This document shows positions 20,701-29,387 of a stretch of DNA of 32,569 nucleotides, in pieces. The stretch's first letter is position 1, and each line of letters starts with the position of its first letter. The notes beneath the pieces were generated by a model. The model did not search any database and was not told the origin of the DNA. It was given only the letters and a program-made list of their open reading frames with translations. The position numbers and the translations under genes are program-made. The stretch comes from a bacterium (lineage in GTDB: Bacteria; Babelota; Babeliae; Babelales; RVW-14). Where the stretch lies: NCBI GenBank assembly GCA_043822925.1, contig JBDRBF010000013.1:1-32569 (forward strand). Reading direction: 5' to 3'.

Positions 20701-23700
20701 CAATACGAGGCAATCCACTTATATCTTGAGCTTGTGCTCCTGGCATTGAAAGTAACCCTGATTGATCAGCCGTTTTTTTACCCAACGCATCGGCCATAGA
20801 CAAACCTGGTTGCGTTAAGCCTGACGTTGTTATTGCAGGCATAGCAGAAGCGCCACGTGCTTTATCTCTATCTGCAACCAATGAACCAAGTAAAGACGTC
20901 TTAATATTTTGCTGCATTTCAGGCGTTAAAAGTAAACTATTTTGCAATCTACCAAACAATGTTACAAGACTACCAAGAACCGCCGGATCAAGAGGCCGCG
21001 CTTGATACAAATCTTGCAAAGCTTGTGATAACAATTTCTTTACTGATGGATCAAGAAGATCAATAAACGCTTTTGTATCTTGTTGTGAAAGAGCATCAAG
21101 AGCTTGTAATTTGCCCAAATACGTTGATTGGCCAAGGGCGGCAACAATTTGATCTTGTAAATTTCTGGCACCATATTCTTGCGCGATCACTGGAATTAAT
21201 GACCCTGTAATTTGTTGACGCTGAACTAACGGAATTAATGGATTATCTTTAAGAAGATCAAGCATATTGCTCAAATCTCTAAGCCCAGCGGTATCAGTTG
21301 GTCTTTCTTTAAACGATTTATCAACAAGCTGCGCCATAAGCATTTGAGTTTTTGGATCAGTGGTCGTTAAATCTGAAACTTGCCCTATTTTTTGAGCAAT
21401 CGCTTGTAGAGCTCCTAAATTAGATACAGGGTCAGAAGGCTTTGTGAGCGCCTGTTGCGCAGCTATTTTTACATCTTCTTTGGCAAGCGACGGCAGCAGT
21501 GTACCAACAATAGATGTTTTCATATTCTCTGGAATAGACGAACTCAATTTAGCACTATCAAGAACCCCTGACAACGCACCAAGAGCTGCTGAATCTGTTT
21601 TTGGACGACTCGTATAAAGTTGCTGTAATGCATTACCAATAATTGTTTTAGTATCAGGCATTATTAACTGCCCGCCCGCTTGCTGACCTTCAACCTGTTG
21701 CATATATTTCTGCAAATCAACTAAACGATTTTGATAATCAGAACCAGATAAAACCGGCATTTTCAACAAACCATTTACACCTTCTTGAATCGTCTTATTT
21801 AGTTGTTCTTGCCCAACAACTGTCGTCATATCTTGCAATTTTGCCGGATCAAGTGAAACTATTGGATTATCTTTTAATTGTCCCAATAAACTTTGCAAAT
21901 TACCAAGACCAGCAGCATCAGTTGGACGACCGGTATAAATTTTATTAAGTAACTGATCAATTAAATTCTGTGTATCTGAATCAAGAACTTTTCCACCTGA
22001 TCCATCAAGCAACCCCTTGAGCGTCCCCATATTTTTTTGTGCATCACCAGGCAGTGTTAACGCATTTTTGAGTTCAGCTTGTGCTTTATCTGATACAAGC
22101 CCTGGCAACATAATTTGATTAATACCTATTTTAAACTGATCAAGCAATAACGTATCATCTTTAAGTTTATTTAATAAATCTTCAAGACTTTTAAGTACTG
22201 CAATATTATCTTTTGGACGCGCATCATATAATTGTTGAATAAGACGCGCAAGCAACTGTTTTATATCATCGGGAAGTGTTTGGCCTAATAACTGATCAAT
22301 AATATTCTTCAAAGCTGCCAAACGTTGGGCATAATCAGCGATAGCCAAAATCGCATTAATACGGTCACGCAAATCTTGCGCTTGCTTATCTTTATTAACC
22401 TCATCAAGCACGCTTTGATCAATCGATATTAATTGACCAGTCTTTAACTGTCCCAACAAATTTTGTAATTTACCAAGCGATACTGAATCTTGAGGACGCA
22501 AACTAACCAATTGATTTGTTGCTTGTTGCAATAAATCTTTCGTTACAGGATCAAGCACAAGCCCTTTAGATTTATCTAAAACATTTTGCAAAACCCCAAG
22601 CCCAGCAACAGAATCTTTACCTGCAATAATACCATTAAGCATCTTATTAATATCAGCAAGCTGTTTATCAAGCACAAGTTCTGGCAAAATTGTTTTGCCC
22701 ATATTAACCAAGAAACTTGGCGTCAATAATGGGCTGGCTGTAAGACCGGTTAATAAAGATTGCAATTGTCCAAGCACATCAAGATCATTTTTGGGACGAT
22801 CGTTATACATCTTTTGCAACGCGTCAGAAATAAGGCCTTTTATTGTGTCACTCAAACCCTTGCCCTTAAGTTCATTTAAAAACACCTGTAAAGCCGCAAG
22901 ACGTTGCGCATAGGTATAATCAGGATTTGTTAAAATATCATTAAGTTTATTTTGAATATCAAACTGCTCTTTTTCTTTATTAAGTGCAGGCAATAACGTT
23001 GCATTAATTTGAGCCTTTAGTGCCGGCGTAATAAACGCACTATCTTTTATACTATCAAACAATGCTTTTAACTGAGCAAGAACATCAACATCACCTACCG
23101 GCCTATCGCTATATATTTTTTGCAACGCATCAGATAATAAAACACTCAATGCAGGATCAAGAATTTTTCCGGCCAAATCATTTATAAATGCTTGTAACGC
23201 TGCAAGACGCTCTTTATAGTCGGCTATCGCCATAATTTTGCTAAGTCTATCTTGGAAATCAAGTGCAGCTTTTTCTTTTATTAGCGTTGGCAAAAGAATA
23301 CCAATAATATCTAACTTAAATGCTTGCGTAAGTAATGGACTATCTTTAAGCCCTTCAAGCAAGCCTCGTAATAATTCAAGCGCAGCTACATCAGTTTTTG
23401 GACGTACATCAAACTGCCCACGTAACATATTTGATAATACCAACTGTGTTGGCCCATCAAGAACAACACCAGTTAAACTACCAAGATAATCTTTTAACAA
23501 TCCCAACCGAATTTTATAGTCAGGATTTGCAACAATTGTATTTAATTGCGTTTGAACTCCAAGCATTTTTTTGTCTTGCCCAACAGTTGCAAGCATCCCG
23601 GTCAAAGCTGTTTTCTGTTCAGCTAAAAGTAACGGGCTCGTTAACGCTTTATTAAGTAACGCTTCAAGACTCGTTAAACTTTCAAGATCTGTTTTTACGC

Positions 23701-25108
23701 GATTATTAAAAAGAGCGACAAGAACATTATTTAATATTTTTTGAGTTACATCACCTATTTTTTTATTGGCCTGCTTATCAAAAACATCAGCCAACGCCGT
23801 TAACTTTGCGCCATACGTAGCGCCAGCTATAGCCTGCTTAATAGCATCTTGCACAATCGCATCAATTAACTCTTGGACAAGCACCGACAACTTTGCCGTG
23901 ATTTCTGTTTTTTGAGTGTCAGAAACAAGCATAGTACCAAGAACTCTATTAAATAAATCACGCAAAGAAGTTAAAAGAGAAATTTGCCCCGTCCCTCGTT
24001 GAGCAAACACAACATTAAGAATCGCAAACAAAAACGCTTGAGCCGTTGTTGAAACACCCAACTGTGTATATGTATCACAATAACTATTAAGCGCCGTAAT
24101 TATTGCATTAATATCTCGCAACTTATAAACATTTATTAATGCCTGCTCAGGAGCCATTTGACTCAACATTCCTGCTATTTCGGCCTGTTTTGCAGACGCA
24201 AGCAACGGTGTCTTTTGAGCATCTGTGAGATACACTAATAATAAATTTATTTGAGCCACCGATTTATCTAAACGCTTACCAAACATAAGTATAGGTGCTG
24301 GCGCATAAATATCTTGCGTAATTTTGCCAAAAGTCTTAGCCGCATTTGCACGTTGAATGGCCGTAAAATCTTTAAGCTGGGCATCAAAATCAACATTTTC
24401 TAAAGCAATTCGTATACGATTCTCAAGCGATACAATCTCAAAATATTCTTTTACTTTTGACTGCTGATCCGCGTCAAGCAATGGCGTTGTCTGAGCAAAT
24501 TGTAAAAACTTTAACAAATAAGAAATCGCTTTATCTTGCCCGGCACGATCATCAAACACGGATGTCGTTTTATTAAAATAAAACGTTTGAACAACAGGAG
24601 CAAACTCAAGTTTTACAGCCCCTGGCAAGACGGTACTCAATTTACGAACCCGAGGGATATAACCATCAGTCTCTTTTGCCTCAAAAACAGCCGATTCTAC
24701 CTCGGTTGCCTGCTGAAAATTACTAATAACTGTTTTTTGCGTCGGCGATAAAAAATTACTCTCCTGAGCCGTCTGAAACAACACATTCAGATAATCAATA
24801 TCTGGATTTATATTTTTAGCTAAAGCTGTACTATATTGTGCAATGCGCAAGTTATACACTTTATTTAACGCATCAAAGCATACTTTTTGCGTTGTCGCAT
24901 CTGGATTAGTATCTACCATTTCATTCAGAGCATCATTAAAATCAATTACCTGACTATCCCAATCATCATAACTCCAAATTTCGTTAATACGACTTTGCAA
25001 CGCAGCCTGACTCGTTACAGAGGTCATAGAAAAAACAGATCCAAAAATTAATGTAAAAAAAGATAAAACAAAAAATAAATGCCGAACCAATTTTCTTGAG
25101 ACTTGCAT
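17798..25108 (-). CDS. Giant (2436 aa) secreted alpha-helical repeat protein
   Basis: AGGAG SD; signal ends VFS|M. About 23 imperfect ~90-100 aa repeats (consensus like DYxxRLxAL...LDxxTQxLLxxALQxLYxxRPxxD...SPLL...LLPxL). Confidence 0.9.
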   Translation of the reverse strand: MQVSRKLVRHLFFVLSFFTLIFGSVFSMTSVTSQAALQSRINEIWSYDDWDSQVIDFNDALNEMVDTNPDATTQKVCFDALNKVYNLRIAQYSTALAKNINPDIDYLNVLFQTAQESNFLSPTQKTVISNFQQATEVESAVFEAKETDGYIPRVRKLSTVLPGAVKLEFAPVVQTFYFNKTTSVFDDRAGQDKAISYLLKFLQFAQTTPLLDADQQSKVKEYFEIVSLENRIRIALENVDFDAQLKDFTAIQRANAAKTFGKITQDIYAPAPILMFGKRLDKSVAQINLLLVYLTDAQKTPLLASAKQAEIAGMLSQMAPEQALINVYKLRDINAIITALNSYCDTYTQLGVSTTAQAFLFAILNVVFAQRGTGQISLLTSLRDLFNRVLGTMLVSDTQKTEITAKLSVLVQELIDAIVQDAIKQAIAGATYGAKLTALADVFDKQANKKIGDVTQKILNNVLVALFNNRVKTDLESLTSLEALLNKALTSPLLLAEQKTALTGMLATVGQDKKMLGVQTQLNTIVANPDYKIRLGLLKDYLGSLTGVVLDGPTQLVLSNMLRGQFDVRPKTDVAALELLRGLLEGLKDSPLLTQAFKLDIIGILLPTLIKEKAALDFQDRLSKIMAIADYKERLAALQAFINDLAGKILDPALSVLLSDALQKIYSDRPVGDVDVLAQLKALFDSIKDSAFITPALKAQINATLLPALNKEKEQFDIQNKLNDILTNPDYTYAQRLAALQVFLNELKGKGLSDTIKGLISDALQKMYNDRPKNDLDVLGQLQSLLTGLTASPLLTPSFLVNMGKTILPELVLDKQLADINKMLNGIIAGKDSVAGLGVLQNVLDKSKGLVLDPVTKDLLQQATNQLVSLRPQDSVSLGKLQNLLGQLKTGQLISIDQSVLDEVNKDKQAQDLRDRINAILAIADYAQRLAALKNIIDQLLGQTLPDDIKQLLARLIQQLYDARPKDNIAVLKSLEDLLNKLKDDTLLLDQFKIGINQIMLPGLVSDKAQAELKNALTLPGDAQKNMGTLKGLLDGSGGKVLDSDTQNLIDQLLNKIYTGRPTDAAGLGNLQSLLGQLKDNPIVSLDPAKLQDMTTVVGQEQLNKTIQEGVNGLLKMPVLSGSDYQNRLVDLQKYMQQVEGQQAGGQLIMPDTKTIIGNALQQLYTSRPKTDSAALGALSGVLDSAKLSSSIPENMKTSIVGTLLPSLAKEDVKIAAQQALTKPSDPVSNLGALQAIAQKIGQVSDLTTTDPKTQMLMAQLVDKSFKERPTDTAGLRDLSNMLDLLKDNPLIPLVQRQQITGSLIPVIAQEYGARNLQDQIVAALGQSTYLGKLQALDALSQQDTKAFIDLLDPSVKKLLSQALQDLYQARPLDPAVLGSLVTLFGRLQNSLLLTPEMQQNIKTSLLGSLVADRDKARGASAMPAITTSGLTQPGLSMADALGKKTADQSGLLSMPGAQAQDISGLPRIAQLTGLGQLGVAASTQDERAFESALAAAMAQLTTLQKIKAIFALLQSVGDKVFSSRIQNIYAQALQTLYNDRYVMSQVQQAQQVQPVKVPAKAKKAKVTKKLTKKLAQNKATRAQQQKIVVTQVTLSVVQKIELLDALINLLISSANSNTLSAGQIAYLKNNLIPALQREREQLVGTGAKIEQAMAQSSSAAKIAALQEVVTVGKDMPLGTVTSESLTKALENMVDVSGDIDPAAFAGLGTLLNQAVLGKLLDLEQKGYVLGTLLPSLGSVPTPAMIQVITQLPVLKQIDVLEALMQSAGMGVGTIDTATQNAYAQAIQQVGSRLLEMNAPTLLRYQQMLDAAAVSSALAPAQQVYIATQVAPTLVKTPTAEIVTQATQNQTISQQADAIDQIVANSKITKPDAAAKNAVASVLDAMLKNLDKVTLLERQDIFDTVRNALSAPSNILTSEQKQYFKNLLQTVAPVPTKERVISAVQGKTPGQQVIALQQIVGNSVGTKLDANAQDAVAIAIQNIVNNWSNLTEVEKQQALQVISNSVAADNNSISPEQKTYFAQILKTIAPAPGAKAKTKVTKVVAPTAQKVTKAVAGKTPAQQVVALQKIVGAGKASKLDAKAQVVVAQTLQNIVTNWTQLSPQEQETARQLLIEAVQDKNTSLSPAQKASFKQTIASVTVPATVASVAQVIANKTVAQQAGALKHIVRDGQFTKPDAATQNAIAQAMQEVINNIGSLTDQEKQEAIEMLASAVSADNNSISPEQKTYFAQILKTIAPAPTVHVINQAIVGKSLVQQIAAIKQIIEQGATSKFGVAQQNEIAKVLQKLSATVGATDVPALNALKKLLDQVQKADVLTKEQIAFVAQKMAPALQKKLRSAYYTKFEELQNIVNRPRETTLATGQRKIEKTIKEMFPLRPRDKKFELAKLENLLSKIGKTTLVSQEFKANVLAGMVEAAHKEVYLADDVAARQKAQVV
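18389..18464. repeat. 76-bp exact direct repeat, copy 1 (copy 2 at 19013-19088)
   Basis: Identical nucleotide string encoding ADNNSISPEQKTYFAQILKTIAPAP in two repeat units. Confidence 0.95.
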
Positions 25109-25316
25109 AACGATTTCTCCTTTTTAATGAGAATACTTTTCAAAAAAATAAGTCTATTAAATTTCAGTTTATTCAACTTTTGTAATATATCGACTTTTTT
25201 TTACGTTATGCAAGAAATGGAAATAAGAAACAAAAAATACATGAAATTAAATTTAACCTGAGATTTACATCTGCCATAAACACATAAAACGACAACCGGC
25301 TCAACCCCCTAATTAA

Positions 25317-26330
25317 TCACAAGAAATTATCGTATCCATCAGCAAAAACAGGCACAACTTCGTTATTATACGTATACTCAATTCCAGACGTTTTTTGCGT
25401 AACTCGTCCGATTTCCCATAATGGTGACTTAAACTTTTCTTCATATTGTTTGCGAATATATTCAAACTTTTTTTTATCAATAGTCACGAACAAACAATAA
25501 TCTTCGCCTCCATTAAGCGCCAAATGCAACGGGTCCCACGTAAAAATCTTTGATATTTTTTTCAACTGAGCAGAAATCGGAAGTTTTGTTAATTCAACCG
25601 AAAAGCCAACGCCAGCAAGTTCACTCATCCATTTAACCTCACCTCCAACTCCATCAGAAACATCGGTCATACCATTAACACCAGCTTGTCTGGATAACCA
25701 TTCACCTTCTTCAAGATAGACATGCGGGCGGTAATGGGCATTTACTAAATAACGCGTAACATCTGAATGTACTAAGTGATTCTCATCTAATATTAATCTT
25801 AACCCTCCACCACTATCACCAACGTAACCAGTAACACAAACAACATCGTCAACTTTAGCGGCTGAAATTAATTTTGCGTCAGTTTTTGCAACAACCCCCA
25901 TCATAGTCATATTTATAACAATCACCGTAGACCGTATCGTATCGCCACCAATAAGCACGACATTATATTGTCCGGCCAAATACTTAAAACCACTTAAAAA
26001 ATCATTAAGCCACTCGGACGATGTATCACGGGGCAAACCCAACGATAGTGCTACATATTTTGGACGGCCGCCCATTGCGGCAATATCACTCAAATTAGCT
26101 GCAAGCGCTTTATAGCCCAACTGATAAGCGGAAATACGGTCTTTCAAAAAATGAGTATGTTCAACAAGCATATCAGTTGAAATAATATCAAACATATTCG
26201 AGTCATTATCACGCATAACAATTGCACAATCATCACCAATGCCCTTAATAATATGACTTGAAGGTTCAGTAGAAAATTGTGATACGATATTTTTGTATAC
26301 ACCCATTTCACCAATTTTTGAAAGGTTCAT
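25317..26330 (-). CDS. thiL: Thiamine-monophosphate kinase-like protein (PurM/ThiL family), divergent
   Basis: GIGDDCA, STDMLVEHTHF, NLSDIAAMGG, GGDT, DVSDG, GGEDY, terminal GYDNF; adjacent to the thiE-like gene. Confidence 0.85.
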   Translation of the reverse strand: MNLSKIGEMGVYKNIVSQFSTEPSSHIIKGIGDDCAIVMRDNDSNMFDIISTDMLVEHTHFLKDRISAYQLGYKALAANLSDIAAMGGRPKYVALSLGLPRDTSSEWLNDFLSGFKYLAGQYNVVLIGGDTIRSTVIVINMTMMGVVAKTDAKLISAAKVDDVVCVTGYVGDSGGGLRLILDENHLVHSDVTRYLVNAHYRPHVYLEEGEWLSRQAGVNGMTDVSDGVGGEVKWMSELAGVGFSVELTKLPISAQLKKISKIFTWDPLHLALNGGEDYCLFVTIDKKKFEYIRKQYEEKFKSPLWEIGRVTQKTSGIEYTYNNEVVPVFADGYDNFL

Positions 26331-26344
26331 AAACGCCCTTTTAC

Positions 26345-27028
26345 TTATAAAGCCTCTCTATTTGCAACACTAACGACACATCGTAAATCTTTTACCTGCT
26401 TGATCGTCATCGCAAGCTTACAAGCCGCATTTTCAGGATCCGGTTGATGACAAATAGCTGAAACTACTGCAATGCCATCAGCTCCAGCAGACATAACATC
26501 TGCAACGTTATATTGCGTTATGCCGCCAACAGCAACAAGTGTTTTTTTTGAAATTTTACGCAATCGTTCAAGTCCCTCGAGTTGCCAGGCAGGACGATTA
26601 ACAGGACGAGTTAATGATGGGAAAATTTGGCTTACCTTAAAATAATCAACGTCATATTTCTCAGCTTGAATAGCATAACTTATATTTTCAACCGTCAAAC
26701 CAATTATCGCATCCGGCCCCATCAACCTACGCACATCTGCATACGGCATATCGGTCTGTCCAATATGTACACCATCTGCTCCACTAGCAAGCGCTATATC
26801 AACTCTATCATTTATAATTAATGGTATCGAAGTTCCAGCGAGCAATTCTTTTATTTTAGTCGCTTTTGCGATAACCTCGCGAATACTTACCTGTAAATCA
26901 TTTTCACGTAATAAGATTACCGTCACGCCACCGCGTATTGCTTTATGAATTACGCTTTCCAATATTCCCGGAACAGTTACCGTATCATGCGTTACCATAA
27001 ACAATGAATAATCAACAAGCTTCTTCAT
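26345..27028 (-). CDS. thiE: Thiamine-phosphate synthase-like protein (ThiE/TenI family), divergent active site
   Basis: LIINDRVDIALASGADGVHIGQTD, AVGGI and GADGIAVVSAI are present. QLREK reads LLREN and TxTK reads SLTR. Confidence 0.85.
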   Translation of the reverse strand: MKKLVDYSLFMVTHDTVTVPGILESVIHKAIRGGVTVILLRENDLQVSIREVIAKATKIKELLAGTSIPLIINDRVDIALASGADGVHIGQTDMPYADVRRLMGPDAIIGLTVENISYAIQAEKYDVDYFKVSQIFPSLTRPVNRPAWQLEGLERLRKISKKTLVAVGGITQYNVADVMSAGADGIAVVSAICHQPDPENAACKLAMTIKQVKDLRCVVSVANREAL

Positions 27029-27096
27029 GGTTTTCTACTCTTAGTTTTTGTGTTTTTTGTACAACTTTTTTCCCAAAAATTCACACATCTCCAAGT

Positions 27097-27124
27097 AGTA
27101 TGCACCCAAGTTTTGGCGTGTCAA
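27097..27124 (-). promoter_or_regulatory. Putative sigma70 promoter of thiE-thiL
   Basis: TTGACA-16 bp-CATACT on the minus strand, about 70 nt upstream of the thiE ATG. Confidence 0.5.
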
Positions 27125-27144
27125 TCACACGAATTTTTTTTCAC

Positions 27145-28446
27145 TTAAATAGACTTAGGAAACATAGATTTACAAGAAAAAAACTCAGGCAATTCAAGCT
27201 TTTCATGCTTATTTGCGCCTACTTCTTTATCACAATTAGAAAGCCGTCGTTGTTTCTCTTTTCTCTGATTCTGACAAAACTGTCCATATTTAAAACGCTG
27301 CGAATTAAACGCACCTTCTTTTACAAATTTTCCATTTACACATAATTCAGGCAATACAACATTATCAATCCCATCAATCCCATCAATCCCATCAAATTCG
27401 TCAAATTCGTCAAATTCACAAATCTCAATCTCTATCTTCTTTTTATTTTTTTTCTTAAATTCTCCAGGAACAGCCGGCTTCTTTTTTTCTACCGAAACTG
27501 ATGCAACGGTTCCATTTTGCCATGTACGATCAATATCCGAATACGTACAACCACGTAGCTCACAAAAATCCAACCCCTTCATTTTTGGATCAACATTATA
27601 ACCAAAAAGCTCTTTCAGTTGCGATTCTAATTCTTCATAAAATTCTAACGTGACAAGAATAGGCAACCTAACTGGCCCATTTTTAAATTGCCATCGATAT
27701 TTAGTCATTGACTCGGATCTACTCCCAATATTTAAATCGCTTCCTACGTCAACAATCTTGACTCCATCACGAATTACCATATCGAAAAATCCACAATGCA
27801 TACCGTACCCAGCCTCAATATCTTCCCATTTCTTCTTGCCTTTTTCCCGCGTCTTAAATAATCGCAACTCCTGTACGATTTTTACTGCACATTTTACCGA
27901 TCGACCACAAGCTTCTTTTCGCCCGCACTCTTCTTCACTAAAATACCCAAATACCCCATCCCCCATTGTATTTTGCACAACCCCTCCATGTCTCTCAATT
28001 ATCAGCCTTATCAGCGTATGATAATAATCCAAAAATGTGCCTAACGACACGAGCTCATTAATTGATCCATATGTAAAATAAAATTCTTTATCTTTATATC
28101 GCTTACAAAACGAAGTAAAATTGCGCATATCTATAAATAAAATACCCCCAAATCCACGCTCAACATCACTTAATTCAACAAGACTTTTAACATCAGAATC
28201 AAGTGGCTTCTTTTTCTTTTCTTTATTAAAACAATTATTTTTCTGACGTTCTTTAAAATATTCAGGATCAACTAAAAGCCTCTGCGGAGACCTTGCCCGA
28301 AATGGCATTCGAGGAAGAAACTCATCATCACCAGCATTTGAACTAAACGAACTTCTTCGAGAATCTGGATCTAAAAACATGCCAAAAACACTATTTTCAC
28401 TCAAGAACAAAACAAATAAAAACAAAACAAAATTCTTAGACTTCAT
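27145..28446 (-). CDS. Secreted class III nucleotidyl (adenylate/guanylate-type) cyclase
   Basis: GGAGG SD, start MKSKNF, signal ends VFG|M. FIDMRNFT and MGDG carry the metal-binding Asps; GMHCG; NIGSRSES carries the catalytic N and R. Confidence 0.85.
   Translation of the reverse strand: MKSKNFVLFLFVLFLSENSVFGMFLDPDSRRSSFSSNAGDDEFLPRMPFRARSPQRLLVDPEYFKERQKNNCFNKEKKKKPLDSDVKSLVELSDVERGFGGILFIDMRNFTSFCKRYKDKEFYFTYGSINELVSLGTFLDYYHTLIRLIIERHGGVVQNTMGDGVFGYFSEEECGRKEACGRSVKCAVKIVQELRLFKTREKGKKKWEDIEAGYGMHCGFFDMVIRDGVKIVDVGSDLNIGSRSESMTKYRWQFKNGPVRLPILVTLEFYEELESQLKELFGYNVDPKMKGLDFCELRGCTYSDIDRTWQNGTVASVSVEKKKPAVPGEFKKKNKKKIEIEICEFDEFDEFDGIDGIDGIDNVVLPELCVNGKFVKEGAFNSQRFKYGQFCQNQRKEKQRRLSNCDKEVGANKHEKLELPEFFSCKSMFPKSI
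27364..27417. repeat. 9-bp microrepeats in the cyclase tail (EFDEFDEFDGIDGIDGID)
   Basis: (atcaatccc)x3 followed by (tcaaattcg)-type x3. Confidence 0.9.
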
Positions 28447-28471
28447 AGCGCCCCCTCCAGAAAATATCAAT

Positions 28472-29155
28472 TTAATTTTTCACGATTTCTTTACACATAC
28501 CACAAAGAACCCCAAATACCTGCACGCCAAATACCCGAACCCCATAAAAACGTCTAAAAGCTGCACGCACAAAAACATACGCAACCGTGCTGCCAGCAGC
28601 AAACACAAATCGCTCAAGCGCAACAACAGGAATTAACGCAAGCCACTGTGCAGCAACCATAGGGACCATATATAAACACATAACACTGCCAACAGCATGT
28701 GCTATAAACGTACTACTTAAAGCTGTCAAAAAGATAGAACCTACACTAAATTTTGTACCACCCTGCTTACCAAGCCCCAAAGCGTTAACCACATAAATAA
28801 TTACGGGAATAACCCAATAAAAAGAATAAACAAACGCCTGCTGGCCAACAGGATGCACCATAAATAAAAACATACATAATACCGGCAACACTAAACTCAC
28901 TAAAAAATTTAAAACCTGAGTTAAAACCCGAGATCGAACCCAAGACTGAGCACTCTTTATATTAGAATTCGTATCAAAAGCCCACTTTGCACTAGCAAGT
29001 AACGTCGGCACCCCCCACGTAACTAACCCAAAACCTAATACTTTACGTGCAACAAAAAACGTAAATAATAAACCAGTCGCTCCAACAAAACCAAATAAAC
29101 TGCCAGCAAGTGGCACAATAAGATTTAACAAAGAAAATATAACTAATTTCTGCAT
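28472..29155 (-). CDS. Polytopic membrane protein (~6-7 TM), possible solitary vitamin-uptake/ECF S-component-like protein
   Basis: GGAG SD; highly hydrophobic 227 aa with polar intramembrane motifs HPVG, STFIAHAVGS and IPVVALER. Function is inference. Confidence 0.7.
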   Translation of the reverse strand: MQKLVIFSLLNLIVPLAGSLFGFVGATGLLFTFFVARKVLGFGLVTWGVPTLLASAKWAFDTNSNIKSAQSWVRSRVLTQVLNFLVSLVLPVLCMFLFMVHPVGQQAFVYSFYWVIPVIIYVVNALGLGKQGGTKFSVGSIFLTALSSTFIAHAVGSVMCLYMVPMVAAQWLALIPVVALERFVFAAGSTVAYVFVRAAFRRFYGVRVFGVQVFGVLCGMCKEIVKN

Positions 29156-29267
29156 TTTTTCTCCAATCCTTTTTTACACGTTCACCTATTTACACCACAC
29201 ATAAAATACACATATTTTATTATACATCAATCAGATAAACGTATAAAAATAATCAAGAAAAATTGTC

Positions 29268-29311
29268 AAAAAAAAACGGTGCACGCTATCCCGAGGGACA
29301 ACATGCACCGT
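29268..29311 (-). terminator. Rho-independent terminator
   Basis: Minus strand CGGUGCAUGUUGUCC-CUCG-GGAUAGCGUGCACCG (G-U pairs) followed by a run of 9 U. Confidence 0.9.
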
Positions 29312-29387
29312 GTAAAAATTCTCACTTAAGACTTTATTGTGCTACTTATATTTATATAAAATAACTATTAAATCTTACGTAAATTAT

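Noticed and set aside
27029-27144. TPP riboswitch upstream of thiE (also checked 29156-29387)
   Set aside because: No CUGAGA or CCUGAU...GCGNAGGGA core on either strand; only promoter-like and terminator sequences.
27145-29155. Pycsar anti-phage system (cyclase plus TM effector)
   Set aside because: The cyclase has an export signal, and the neighbour is a 6-7 TM protein with no soluble nucleotide-binding domain, unlike PycTM.
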